Assembly: GCF_902713615.1 (NCBI RefSeq)
Contig: NW_024055474.1
Span: forward strand, 1-37,254
Length of the DNA: 37,254 nt
Reading direction: 5' to 3'
DNA from: Scyliorhinus canicula
Taxonomy: Eukaryota
Shown: positions 20,411-32,019 of the stretch, piece by piece
Position numbering within the stretch: the first letter of the stretch is position 1
Layout: the number at the start of each line of letters is the position of its first letter
Notes under the pieces: generated by a model
Seen by the model: only the letters and a program-made list of their open reading frames with translations
Database searches by the model: none
Told to the model about the DNA's origin: nothing
Position numbers and translations under genes: made by a program

Positions 20411-20782
20411 TGTGACAACCTCTCAACGTGTCGTTCCCTTGTTTTGCAATCCAGAGCAAAGCTCTTTGTTTTCTGATTAATTATATTAATGTAGAGGGAA
20501 TTAAGTTGTTCTCCTCACAGTAGGAACGAGGACTTAGTAAAGACAATGTTGGGCGCTGAATAGGATCAGTCTTTGAGGTGGGATAGCGAAGTGACATTTA
20601 GTATCTTTGTTTTGTCAGCGCTCGACATTCCCTCAAAGTAATCTGCTCAGTGGCGGCGTAAAGCAGAAAGAGTGCTGGATTGAATTAACACAAACAGGTA
20701 TACAGCAAAACTGATCTACATATTGTGATTTCTCATATGATATCAGCTCACAGTCAATGAGAGGATGTGAAAGTGCCTTGTC

Positions 20783-20821
20783 AGTTTTTGTATGGACTGA
20801 CTGTGTCTCTGCAACAGTGTG
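20783..20821 (-). promoter_or_regulatory. 23-RSS of V gene F
   Basis: CACACTG + 23 nt + ACAAAAACT. Confidence 0.9.
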
Positions 20822-21255
20822 GGTCTCAGAGCACAGTGATACACAGCAGAGTCAGACACACGGACCCCGGTGATAGTTAAAGGAACTGTTTTTTGCTCCT
20901 GGTCCAAACGAGCAGAAAAACGGTCGGGAAAATGTGACGACTTGTCCCCCTCCGCCTTGCCGTACTTTCTTAGTAAATATCTCGGAGATTCCCCTGGATA
21001 CTGGATGTACCAGAAGAGGTAGGGATAGGTATCGGTTGTGGAGTAATTGCAGTTCGATATTATCGTATGTCCCTCCTGAACCGTCACATCAGGCGGATCC
21101 TGGGAAACTGAATCCTTTGCCTCTGTTCCTGAAATAAAGAACAGCCTGTGTTATACAATTGGGAGTAAACATGATCAATGGACAGAGACGTATTGAACCG
21201 TCGACTCACCGGGTAGCAGAACCATGATTATCAGTAAAGGATATACGCAGCACAT
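20822..21255 (-). CDS. TRAV/TRDV: TCR alpha/delta V gene F, open frame (leader 21210-21255, V exon 20822-21128)
   Basis: Leader MCCVYPLLIIMVLLP, G|GTGAGT; acceptor TTTATTTCAG; DSVSQDPPDVTVQEG...NCNYS...FWYIQYPG...DSAVYHCALR. Confidence 0.92.
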
Positions 21256-21544
21256 GGTATGTGGTGTTCAGTTCGACTAGCATAACAGAATGGTTTAAAC
21301 TGCGGAACTTTTTATTCTCATATTTAAAAGTAAAAACAGACCACGGATTACTGCCCTTAGTCAGACACTGAGGGTGCTGCTCAGGACGGGGATTGGCAGA
21401 TTTTTAAAAACAGATACGAACTGTCAACCAATCAGCATCACTCGTGTGAAATTAACTGATCCATTCTCACCTGCTTCCGCTTGACGTCCGGCAGAGGATA
21501 TCGCTCTTCTCACCCCATCTCTCTTTGTGCATACATACAGGCAT

Positions 21545-22080
21545 AGTCACACACACTCACACACACAGAGACACACATAGACAGGCACACACACACTTTC
21601 TCACACACAGACACCCATACTCGGACACAAAAACAGACATACATGCAGACACACACACAAACAAGCACAGACATATGCTCACCGACAGACACACACAGAC
21701 ATAAACATACACAAATAAACACGCAACAGACAAAAGCACAGGCAAACAGGCACCTATATGAACACGCATACAGATACACACAAACAAACACACAAATAAA
21801 ACAACGCACAGGAAAACACAACACATGCAGGGACACAGACACTGACGCACACAGACACATACCCATTATACACACACGCATTCGCAAAAACGGACACAAG
21901 GGCAAAGAGACAATACAGACACAAGGAAACATACACACAAACAGAGACAAGCAGGCACAGGCGCAGACGCATCTATAAGGCACCGGCAGACACACACAGA
22001 CGTACACATAAACACAGACACCAAATGGACACACACACACATACATAAACACACGTAGACACACTGACACCGGCACACTC

Positions 22081-22111
<31 letters not shown>

Positions 22112-22590
22112 CAAGGACAGACACACATAAGGACGGACACACAGACACACGCACCTACATATATCATAGGATACAGACAGACAAAAACACACGCACTAAG
22201 ACAGAGATAAACAGACATGCCAACACACACAGACACAAATAAAACAACACCAAGCAAGTACAAACATAGGTAGTTACACACACATACACTCACATACACT
22301 GGCACACACACATTCGCACACACAGACACACATGCAGGCACGTAGAAACACAAAGACAGGCAAACATGCACAAGCACAAACGAACCAGCATACATTCACA
22401 GATACAAACACAGTCATAATCATAAACACTGACACACAGGCACACACACAGGCACGCACAAGCATACACAAAAAACAAAGGCACACACAAACAAAACACA
22501 GACAAACGCGTACACAGACGCACACAGATATATACGCACACAAAATCACAGGCAATTAAAAACTCAGATACACACAGAACACATGCACAA
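21545..22590. repeat. About 1-kb imperfect CA-rich low-complexity tract
   Basis: Interrupted (CA)n with ACAC/ACAG/ACAT words and almost no T/G on the + strand. Confidence 0.95.
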
Positions 22591-22639
22591 AGAAACTTCC
22601 CCCTCCCTCGGCTTATTTTGGTTGTTGCGTGGCTGATGA

Positions 22640-23030
22640 GCCAGATCCTTGAGCGGCATCTTCAATCACTCACTTGGCAGGAGTTTCCAAAAAGTGGCAT
22701 CGGTGCTCGGACGCTCAGTCGCAGGCATTGGTTTCTAAGGCTCCTTTCCCGGGCCTCCCCTTGCCGTCGGGTGTTCTCGAAGAATTGTGACTCTTCAATC
22801 AGGAGGTACCGCCAAATAGGTCTCTTCTGAGCAAAGGATTCCCAAAAATTGACTTCCATGTTCCATTTCTTGAGGTAAGCCTGCAAGGTGTCTTTTAAGA
22901 ACATACTTTGTCCTCCTCTTGTTCGGGATCCTTCCTTGAGTTGGGTGATGAAGAGTTGTTCAGGCAGTCGGGACCGTGACATCATATGGACCGGACAGCG
23001 GAGTTGTCTTTGGATGATCATGACCTCGAT
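22640..23030 (-). mobile_element. RTE-clade LINE 3' fragment
   Basis: QLRCPVHMMSRSRLPEQLFITQLKEGSRTRGGQ...KDTLQAYLKKWN...WESFAQKRPIWR matches the RTE ORF C-terminal pattern. Confidence 0.75.
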
Positions 23031-23777
23031 ACTGGTGCTTTGACTCCTTGAAGGACACTAATGTTAACATGTCTGTCATTCCAGCTGATTCGGAGATAAA
23101 GTGCGTTTGGATTTTGCGATTTACTTTAAGCTGAGTTGTTTACGCGTAGCACTGATGCCATGTTTATCCTTCGAAGCCTCAGTGATTATTTCAAATGGTT
23201 CAACAAAGTTTGCTGCCGTAGTTGACACATACAAGCCTCCTGTAAGCTAAAGTGATCTATCGGTCTGACAGGGTTTGCAGCGAGTCGATCACCCACCTTA
23301 CCAGTGTATGATGCCAGAGGAGATGTGTGCCAGGATGCTGCGCTTCAGCAGCTGCTTCTCTCGGACCTTGAGCTTGTCAATTAACACTAGTCAACACTCC
23401 CCTTCCCTCCCTCCATTCCCTCTTCCCTCCCCCCTCTTCACATCATCCCTCCAACTCTTCCCTCCCTCCCCTTCCCGCGCTGCCTCCCACAAATATACAC
23501 AGCCGTTGTGTTTAAGTCAGAAAATATATTTTATTGCATGAAATTTGAAACGGTGAAGTCGTTTTATCTCATTGTTCATTTGAGAAAGTCAAACGGTAAG
23601 TTAAATGTTAAGTGGTTTCAAACTTCTGTATTTCGAAAATTATTCTTGGTCATAAATGTTTGACATTAAACTTTACAAGCTTCTACAAATGTCTTACTGA
23701 CACATCAAAACAAAGCATATAATTGAGATAATTATAAATGAAGAAGATAATGAAAGTAAACAAGGCAGAAACATTTA

Positions 23778-24010
23778 ACACGGTGGCACAATGGTTAGCA
23801 CTGATGCCTCACGACAATAGAGACCCGTCTTCAATTCTGACCTTGGTTGATGTGTGGTGTTTGTGCATTCTCCCCGTGCCTGCATGGGTTTCCTAGAACC
23901 TGGAATAGAACCATCGACTGGAGCCAATCAGTACATCAAGTCTGCACTGACCCTCTGAAAGAGTACACTACCTGTGTCCACTCCCTCGCCCTATCTCCGT
24001 TACGTAACCT
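23778..24010. mobile_element. Two abutting V-SINE fragments in opposite orientation
   Basis: Head on + (CACGGTGGCACAATGGTTAGC...GGGTTTCC); tail on - (TAGAACCAT...CTCGCCCTATC). Confidence 0.55.
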
Positions 24011-24129
24011 GTGCATCTGAAGTCGGAAGGGCAGGTGATTGGGGTGGTGAAAAATGCATATGGTACACTTGCCTTTCTCAACCGTGGCATAGATTGTTAA
24101 AGCAAGGATCTCATGTTACATTTATATAG

Positions 24130-27100
24130 CGCATAGTTCAGAGGAGAAGTCACACCCGGGTGTGGTATATCTGCTGGTTAACGAACCCGGAAAAAGAAAG
24201 TGGAGGACTTGGCCAAGGACTTGATAGAGACCTGTGGCGCAGTAGCAGTGGAAGGATCGCGGAGGCGGGAGCGCCAGTGCAAGTAGCAAAACCCCACAGG
24301 GAACAGTTGAATACCTTTATCAAGGAAGAGTTCTGCCAGCAGAGGAAGAACATGCAGGAGGATGGCTCGAAGGCCATAGATGGGGCTGTGACTCCCCAAA
24401 GGGGTCGATGGAGAGCGTGGAACAATGCTGGGGGGTACAGAGGTCGCCGATACAAGAGATTGAGAAGGTGATGTCGGGCCACAACGATCGGGTGGTGGCA
24501 TTGAAGGCGGAGGTGGAAGTCTTAGGAGACCTTTGTAAGAGCAAAGGTGGAGGAGCAGGAAAGTAAGTCGAGAAGGCAGAATCTGTGGATAGTGGGCCTG
24601 CCTGAAGGAATGGAAGGTGCGAGTACGGCAAGGTACGTTTCAACGATGCTGGCGGGTCTGGTGGTGGAGGGGGTGCTGGGCAAGGCCCCTGAGGTGAACA
24701 GAGAGCATTGGTCTTTGGGGCAGAGGCTTAGAGGCAGGAGCCGCTGCGGGCGGTGATCAGGAGGTCCCACAAGTTCGTCGAGAGGGAGAAGATTCTGCAG
24801 TCAGCTAGCGAGAAGCGGAACTGCGAATTGGAGAGGAACAAGGCCCTAATAAACCAGAACATGGGAGCTAAGCTGGCGAAACGGCGTGTGGGTTTAACGC
24901 AGTCAGGGCGGTGCTGCATCGACAGCGGATCAGGGTTGGGGTGCTATACCCGCCGAAACTATGGCTACCTATGAATACCCGGAATGCTATTTTGAGACTC
25001 CAGAAGCGGCCAATGACTTATCAAGGAGCATAAACTGAGGATCACTGAACTGAACAATTTTGGGACGAGGTGCTGGTACTTTGAAGTAATTGAGATGGGG
25101 TAGAGCGGGGGTTGGAGGGAGGGGTGGGTTTCTTTTACTCCGATTTTTACTGTTGGGTTGACTAACCGTAGCAGGGGTGAAAGGTTTGAAAGGGGATGGC
25201 TGCCCCCACTCCCTTCCTCCCTCCCCCCCCCCCCCACCCCACCCCCATCCTGCTGCCTCGGGCTGTATTGTTTTTGTTTGACTTTGGGGAGGTGACCTGT
25301 GGTTCGAGATGAGTCGAGATGGGTGGAGGAGGGGGAGTTTACCGAGAACTTCTTTCACAGAACAGAGAGGTGAGGGCGGGGGATGAGGGTAGTGGGGGGG
25401 GGGGGCAGTCGGAGGAGCCTTTGGGAACGAGTTTCCACGCTGGCAGGTAATGCTGGTCAACGGAAATGAGGTGGGGGGAAGGCTGAAAGAGGTGGCTGTA
25501 GGGGGATGGGGGAGGGGGCGGGGGGTGGGAGAGGGTTGGGGTGGAGGGAGGGTTATGCGAGGTGGTGAGGTTTGAGACGAAACATGGGAGGGGGCGGAGA
25601 AAAGGGGCGTCTAGGATGGGCTAGGTACAGGGTGAAATTTTATTTTAATAAAACATTTTACTGAGGTATTTGTGATTTTGTAACAATAACAGAAGAAACC
25701 GTGTACATACAAATATATACATTGTGCAAAGGCCGTCTTCCTCACTCACAGATTCCACCTTTCTTACACACTAATCTAAACTAAACTACCCCCCCCCCCC
25801 CACCGTTTTTGCTGACAGTTAATTTTGTCTAAAGAAGTCGACGAACGGTTGCCACCTCCGGGCGAACCCTAACGTTGACCCTCTCAAGGCGAACTTGATT
25901 TTCTCCAAATTGAGAAAGCTAGCCATGTCCGATAGGCAGGTCTCCGTCTTCGGGGGCTTTGAGTCCCTCCAAGCTAATAGTATCTGTCTCCGGGCTACCA
26001 GGGAAGCAAAGGCCAGTACGTTTGCCTCTTTCTCCTCCTGGATTCCCAGGTCTTCCAACACTCCGAAAATCGCCACCTCTGGACTCGGCGCCACCCTTGT
26101 TTTAACACCGTGGACATGACATCCTCAAACCCCTGCCAGAATCCCCTAAGCTTTGGGTATGCCCAGAACATACGAACCTGGTTTGCTGGTCCTTCCGCAC
26201 ACCTTGCACACCTGTCTTCTGCCCCCAAAAAACCGTCATGTGGGCCCGGTGAACAACCTTAAATTGTATCAGGCTGAGCCTGGCGCATGATGTGGACGCA
26301 TTGACCCTCTTTAACGCATCCGCCCAGAGACCATCCTCTATCTCTCCTCCTAACCCCTCTTCCCATTTGTGTCTCAGCTCCTGGATGTGGGTTTCCTCTG
26401 ACCCCTGTCCCAGCCATACTCTGGAAACTACCCTGTCGTGTATCCCCCTTGGTGGCAGAAGCCGGAAGGTTGAGACCTGCCTGCGTAGGAAGTCCCGTGC
26501 CTGCAGGTACTTAAACTGTATAGGGTGAAATTAACGGGGTTAAAGCTGAAAGGTAGGGATGGCTGACGGTAGAGGCAATGGAGGTGTAAGCCGTCGGTAA
26601 GGCTGATATCATGGAACGTGCGAGCGCTCAATGGACCGGTGAAGATATTTCGGGTCTTTGCATGCCGAAGGAGTTTAAAAGTGGGGGGGGGGAGGGGGTG
26701 GGGGGGGGGGGGGTGTTAGCACGTCTTTCAGCAGGAGGTGCTCCTACGCTTGAAGGACCAGGTTAGGCTGAGGAAGGGGTGGGTGGGTCAGGTTTTCCAC
26801 TCGGGGTTTGATTCAAAGTCGCGGGTGGTGGCCATGTGGATGAGTAAGAAGACGGGGTTTCAGGGCACGAAGGAAGTAATAGACCCGGGTGGGAGATATG
26901 TGATAGTGAGTGGGGTATTAGCAGGTAAGCTGGTGGTATTGGTGAATGTGTATGCACCGAGTTGGTACAATGTAGTTTTTATGTGGGTTTCTGGAACGAT
27001 CCCCGACTTGACCACGCACCAGTTAATTATGGGAAGAGATTTTAATTGTGTCCTAGAACCGACGGTAGACAGGTCGAGCCCCAGGTCAATGGATAGAATA

Positions 27101-27430
27101 TAAACGGCAAAGGAGTTGGGCGGGTCTATAGAAAAGATGGTGATGGTGGACCCGTGGTGCTTCAAGAACCCAGGCGGAAAGGGAGCATCCCTTTTTGTCA
27201 CATATGTAGGGTTCAGGGTGGTTTTGGATGGGGTGAAGGAGGCAGAGTACACGGCGATAGTAATCTCGGATCATGCGCCCCACTGGCTGGAGATTCCGCT
27301 CAGATCGGCACGAGAGCAAGCGCCGGGTGGAGGCTCGATTCGGGGTTGTTGCCAGATAGAGGGTATTGGGACAAAGTGCAGACTGTGATTAAAGATTATG
27401 CGAGGAGGAAAAAGCTGCAGGGGCATTCGA
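24130..27430 (+). mobile_element. Decayed L1-clade LINE: ORF1 remnant, G-rich spacer and ORF2 APE endonuclease remnant; 3'-truncated
   Basis: ORF1 motif ESKSRRQNLWIVGLPEG (24547-25045); ORF2 motifs SWNVRALNGP, LRKGWVGQVFHS, LVNVYAP, DFNCVL, SDHAP (26580-27430); many frameshifts. Confidence 0.85.
25640..26517 (-). mobile_element. 5'-truncated L1 inserted into the older L1
   Basis: ORF2 C-terminus (EDRCARC...FWAYPKL; LAFASLVARRQILL.W; RWQPF), 3' UTR and A-rich end; 15-bp TSD GTA(C/T)AGGGTGAAATT at 25625-25639 and 26518-26532. Confidence 0.85.
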
Positions 27431-27529
27431 TAGGTTGACAAAGGGGAAGGTGGTAGGACAGCTGCCAATGCAGGAAGATACGGGCCCTTCAGTTTTTGTC
27501 TTCCATGCTATGTGTTAGTGTAGATCGCT

Positions 27530-27880
27530 CCCATTCAGGCTTTGTTTAAATGGGCAGATTATCTTATGAGGAAAGGTTGGACAGACTAGCCTTGTATCGG
27601 CTGGGGTTTAGAAGAGGAATAGGCTACTTGATTGAAATGCGGGGGTTGACAAGGTGGCTGTGAAAAGGATATTTCCTCTTGTGGCAGATTCTGGAAGTAA
27701 GCTTCACTGTTTCAAAATAAAGGTCGCCCACCCAAAGCAGAAGTAAAGACATTTTCTTTCCCCATCTTGAACTTTCTTCCTCAAAAGGCCGTGGATGCAA
27801 AGCCGTTGAATATTCTTGAGGCAGAGGTAGATAGGTTCTCACTGGGCAAGGGGTGAAAGGCTGTCGGAGGTAGGTTTGAC
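27530..27880 (+). mobile_element. Degenerate CR1 3' fragment
   Basis: Remnants of the GGTTGGACAG...GAAAGGATATTTCCTCTTGTGG...GAGGCAGAGGTAGATAG CR1 end. Confidence 0.55.
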
Positions 27881-28824
27881 AGTGGAGTTGAGGTTGATTT
27901 CAGCTCTGCCGTTACTTAATGATGAAATTCCAATTGGAGATGAGTCAGATCTACACTGTGTGAACTGTTCAATTTCACAGCGTCAGGGACACGGGGTCGA
28001 ATCTGACCCTGGCGAGTGATGAATTCCTTACTTGCACAGCGCCGTCGACCAAATCTTTAAACTCGGAGAGTCAGTAGGCAGTGAGCTGATACACCTCTGG
28101 GGCTTCTATCTGCTAGCTGGCAGGGAAATAGCTCAGATATTCACCACTCGCAGTGGAAGGGCTGATCCATTGAAGGATGCTTAGATCAGCGCAATGTCCA
28201 ACAATCTATATTGTCAATGCGTTGAGGCCAGCCGGTCACTGAGCTGCTACATAGAATGAACCACATTCACCTGCAGAGGTACATTGCTCAGGTTTTCATA
28301 ATTGATACTGGTATGTTGCTCAGATCTACCTTTCATTCATTCACATGTTTTATATTGCTGCATCATTTTTAATCGCTGTCTGCTTTCCTATTCTCTGTCT
28401 GTACTTTTTAAGGCACAACTATTCCCATCTGTCCATTCGTTTCTTCGGCCCCTCCACCGCATCTTGTGATTCCTGCTGCCAGCTGGAGACTCATCCTATC
28501 TAATTCACACATTCCCTTTAGATCTTGTCATTTCTATGCTATAAGGTGATTTCTACCAGATTTGAAGAATTTTCAAAGTCCCAGTAACCTTTAATTCCTC
28601 GATCTGATCTTCCCATCCAAGCCTAATATGAAGGAAATAATGATTCGAACAGAAATATGACTGATAAACGAATAGTATATCTCTCTCTCCCTCTCCGATC
28701 AAGTTTTCGGTCTGATTTGATTCTGCAGTTAAGTTTTCTCAGCCAATCCTGGATGTAGTTTGTTGACGGTTTCATAGGAGGTTAATTTGGTTTCCTCTGT
28801 GTGTTTGAGCGGCCATCAACGTCA

Positions 28825-29028
28825 TTTTTTTTACATCGAATTTACAGTGCAGAAGGAGGCCATTCGACCCATCGAGTCTGCACCGGCTCCTGGAAAGAGC
28901 ACCCGACCCAAGGTTAACACATCCACCCTATCCCCAAAACCCAGTAAGCCCACCCAACACTAAGGGGAATTTTGGTCACTAAGGGCAATTTATCATGGCC
29001 AATCCACCTAACCTGCACATCTTTGGAC
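28825..29028 (-). mobile_element. V-SINE 3' half
   Basis: GAATTTACAGTGCAGAAGGAGGCCATTCG...ACCTAACCTGCACATCTTTGGAC. Confidence 0.8.
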
Positions 29029-29429
29029 ATTGGACACATTTTCTGATCCCAATCTCCCCGTCCAATGAAACAATCTCAAATCTGCCTGTGATTTCCTCAG
29101 ATAAGATTTGAATGAGTTTCCGTGATCACCCGAATCTTTTTGACCAACAATATTAAATCTCTGAGGATGAAGACAGTCAGTAAGTGAACACAGTCCTCTG
29201 GTGTGAGGGAGAATCAGTGAGGGAGAATCAGGCGGTTTTATCTGATCTGCTCCACTCGGTCATTGTGCATGTTGTTTAATTTTAAGACGGCTCACGAAGA
29301 ACATTAATATCATTGCCATGTGGGTGGCCTGTTAACACGGAGCTATTCGCTCTGAGCGGGAGATTTCCTTCGGTTGCTATTGTAATTGAAACATTATACT
29401 GATTGGACATTCGCGTATTTGCGATTACG

Positions 29430-29600
29430 GTCACACATCTCTCAGTGGAGGTTTCCACAGAGAGGTCCCAGGATATTTTCTCGATTATGTTAATCTGCGC
29501 CCTCAGTTCATTTGCCTCGTCGTTAAGACTCCTCGCATAAAAGCAAATGCAATCCAGCCTTGCCATATTGCCTTGTGTCTTCACTCTGCCTCCCAAGCTG
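29430..29600 (-). mobile_element. CR1 ORF2 N-terminal (APE) remnant
   Basis: RLDCICFYARSLNDEANELRAQI resembles the CR1 endonuclease start (LKCIYFNARSI..KADELRAWI). Confidence 0.55.
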
Positions 29601-29745
29601 ATTTGGTATTTGTCCTCTATTTGGCTGTTTATGACCCTGAGAAAAGTTTAACCAAACATACCCTGTTGGACAAGCCAGTTCTAGTGAATAGAGCGAATGA
29701 GTGAATTGATCATGGTCAGTGTTTCTGAAGCTCGACTCAGCGGCT

Positions 29746-29826
29746 TCCCTGGTGGTCTAGTGGTTAGGATTCGGCGCATTCGGCGCTTTCACCGCCGTGG
29801 CCCGGGTTCGATTCCCGGTCAGGGAA
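29746..29826 (+). tRNA. tRNA-Glu-TTC: tRNA-Glu(TTC) with 9-bp tandem duplication (probable pseudo-tRNA)
   Basis: TCCCTGGTGGTCTAGTGGTTAGG[ATTCGGCGC]x2 TTTCACCGCCGTGGCCCGGGTTCGATTCCCGGTCAGGGAA; 81 nt = 72 + 9. Confidence 0.9.
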
Positions 29827-30499
29827 TTGTTCTTGTTGCTGCTATGCGAACTGTCACAATGATGTGTTCCATCGGCATTTCGTGTGAGGTCAAGGTTAGG
29901 AATCAGATCTGGAATTTTGTTTTTATTCCATTTAACCGAGAATTCATTTTCCAGACATTCATCGTAAATTACGATTAATGTACAGGATTAGAACTTTCCT
30001 GGAGGTTCGAATCAGTTTTCGGATCTATCACCTTAACCAGTGAGCCAATGGTACAGCCCAGGCATGGAAACTAATGGTGTTCTGATAAAATCATAGCCTC
30101 AATTGCAGAATGAAATAATATTTACTTCTGACGTTTTCAATTCTTTCCGCCCATGACTGATTCTCTCCGTGGTTCTCTCTGTGCAGTATTATCTGTGGTT
30201 TACATAGTATAGAAATTGGGGGAGAGGAATAGACCGTTCGGCCAACTAAATTGTGTCTGCGCATGTACTCCAGACCAGACTGTCCCCTCCCGTCCGATAT
30301 CTAATTGACCATTTCCATCCAGCTCCCTGTGTCCGTCTAGTGTGTTCTCTTTCCAGTATTTCCAAGTCTTCCCATAAATGTATCAATACTCTCTGCTCCA
30401 AGCTCCATGTGGCAACAGGTTCCATCTTCTCACAAACCTGTATTTAAATTTCTTCTACTTCATATCTGCCTCTGTTCGGTTACTCATATATATCAACAC

Positions 30500-31400
30500 A
30501 GAAAACCGGTGCAGAAGCAGACCATTCTTCGAGCCTGCACCACCACTCAAATGTTCATGGCTGATAATGCAAATCCCATCTCACACTACGACTTTCTTTC
30601 CATTCCCCTCTCTCCCTTTAGCCGCAAGGGCCACTTCCAGCTCCCTCTTGAATATATCGAACAAACTGGCCCTCACTGCTTTCTGTGGCAGAGACTTCAA
30701 TAAGTCGACAACTCTGTAAGAGAAGAAGTTCTGCCTCATCTCAGACCTGAATGGCGCATTCTTTATTCTTCGGCTGTGACCCCCTAGTCCCAACATCGGG
30801 AACATTCATCCCGCATCTAACCCGTGCAGTCCCATCAGGATTGTATATGTATCCAGGATTCTATATGTTGTATATGTTTCTATGAGATCCCCTCTCATTC
30901 TGAACAGGCGCCGGAATGCGGCGACTAGGAGCTTTTCACAGTAACTTCATTTGAAGTCTACTTGTGACAATAAGCGATTTTCATTTCATTTCATTTCATT
31001 TCTTCTAAACTCCAGTGAGTCCAAACCCAGTCGATCCAATCTTTCTTCATATGTCAGTCCTGCCATCCCGGAAATTAGTCTGGTGAACTTTCGCTGGACA
31101 TGCTCAAAGCAAGAATGTCTTTCCTCAAACTAAAACTACACACAATACTCAAGGTGCGGCCTCACCAAGGCTCCATATAACTGTTGAAAGCAATCCCACC
31201 TCCTATGCTCAAAACCTTCTCTATCTGAAGGCCAGAATACCATAGGCTTTCCTCGTCGCCTGCTGTACCTGCATGCCAACCTTCAACGACTGTACATGTG
31301 AGGTTACCCTCCTTGGTGGCAAAGAGAGAAGGCAGATTAGTCTTTGAATGATGGCAGTTAGGAAACTGGGAAGTGCAACGAGACCTGGGTGTCCTGGTGG
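30500..31400 (-). mobile_element. CR1 LINE 3' portion with an inverted 5' piece (31296-31400 on +)
   Basis: FRSEMRQNFFSYRVVDLLKSLPQ, QSLKVGMQVQQATRKAYGILAF; the adjacent + strand encodes the upstream CEV...EVQRDLGVLV. Confidence 0.78.
30903..30995 (+). mobile_element. SINE 3' fragment inserted in the CR1
   Basis: AACAGGCGCCGGAATG...CTTTTCACAGTAACTTCATTTGAAG...(CATTT)n. Confidence 0.75.
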
Positions 31401-31427
31401 GACAGTTGTTATTGATACTCCACGAGG

Positions 31428-31600
31428 GCGACATGCTGGCGCAGTGGTTAGCATTGCTACCTCACGGCGCCTAGGACCTGGGTTCGAACCGCTGGGGCCA
31501 CTGCCGTATAGAGTTTGCACAGTCTCCGCGTGTCTACGTGGACCTCACCCCAACCCAAACATGTGCAGGATAGGTGAATTGGCCATGCTAAATTACCACT
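31428..31600 (+). mobile_element. Degenerate V-SINE
   Basis: GGCGCAGTGGTTAGCA...GGGTTCGAACC...GGCCATGCTAAATT. Confidence 0.6.
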
Positions 31601-31797
31601 TGATCTGAAACATTATAAATAAAGACCATATGTATTTTTATATTGCATTAGATCTTGTCACCACCATGCCTCCCTCGTGGAGTATTAATAACAACATAAC
31701 ACAGTGTAGTATAAACAGTGGCCAAATCAAGTGCGATATGAGCGAGTGGCATGGTGTGTTACAGCAGAACATGATACTGCACCTACTATAATGAAAT

Positions 31798-32019
31798 AAA
31801 AGAGAAAATGCTGGAAAATCTCAGCAGGTCTGACATCATCTGTACTGGAGAAAAAAAGAGCTAACGTTTCGAGTCCAATGACTATTTGACAAAGAGTCCT
31901 TTCGACTCGAAACTTTAGCTCTTTTCTCTCCCGATAGATGCTGCCAGACCTGCTGAGATTTTCCAGCATTATCTCTTGTGTTTCAGATTGCAGCAGTCCG
32001 CAGTAATTTGTTTTCATAT
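31798..32019. mobile_element. Mini fold-back terminus of a second PLE family
   Basis: Imperfect ~90-bp inverted arms centred near 31886; degenerate hammerhead (TTGACAA-AGAGTC...GACTC-GAAAC); ~35-nt tail on the right only; 11-bp TSD TATAATGAAAT at 31787-31797 and 32020-32030. Confidence 0.8.

Noticed and set aside
5032-21255. V segments as NAR-TCR, IgH-like (TAILV) or germline-joined VJ genes
   Set aside because: The recognisable V genes have their own leader exon (or remnant), TCR-alpha/delta-like frameworks and a 3' RSS; no fused J or VH/VNAR hallmarks were seen.
21510-22559. Long Val/Cys-rich and Thr/His/Gln-rich ORFs (up to 214 aa)
   Set aside because: They are translation artefacts of the CA/TG low-complexity tract.
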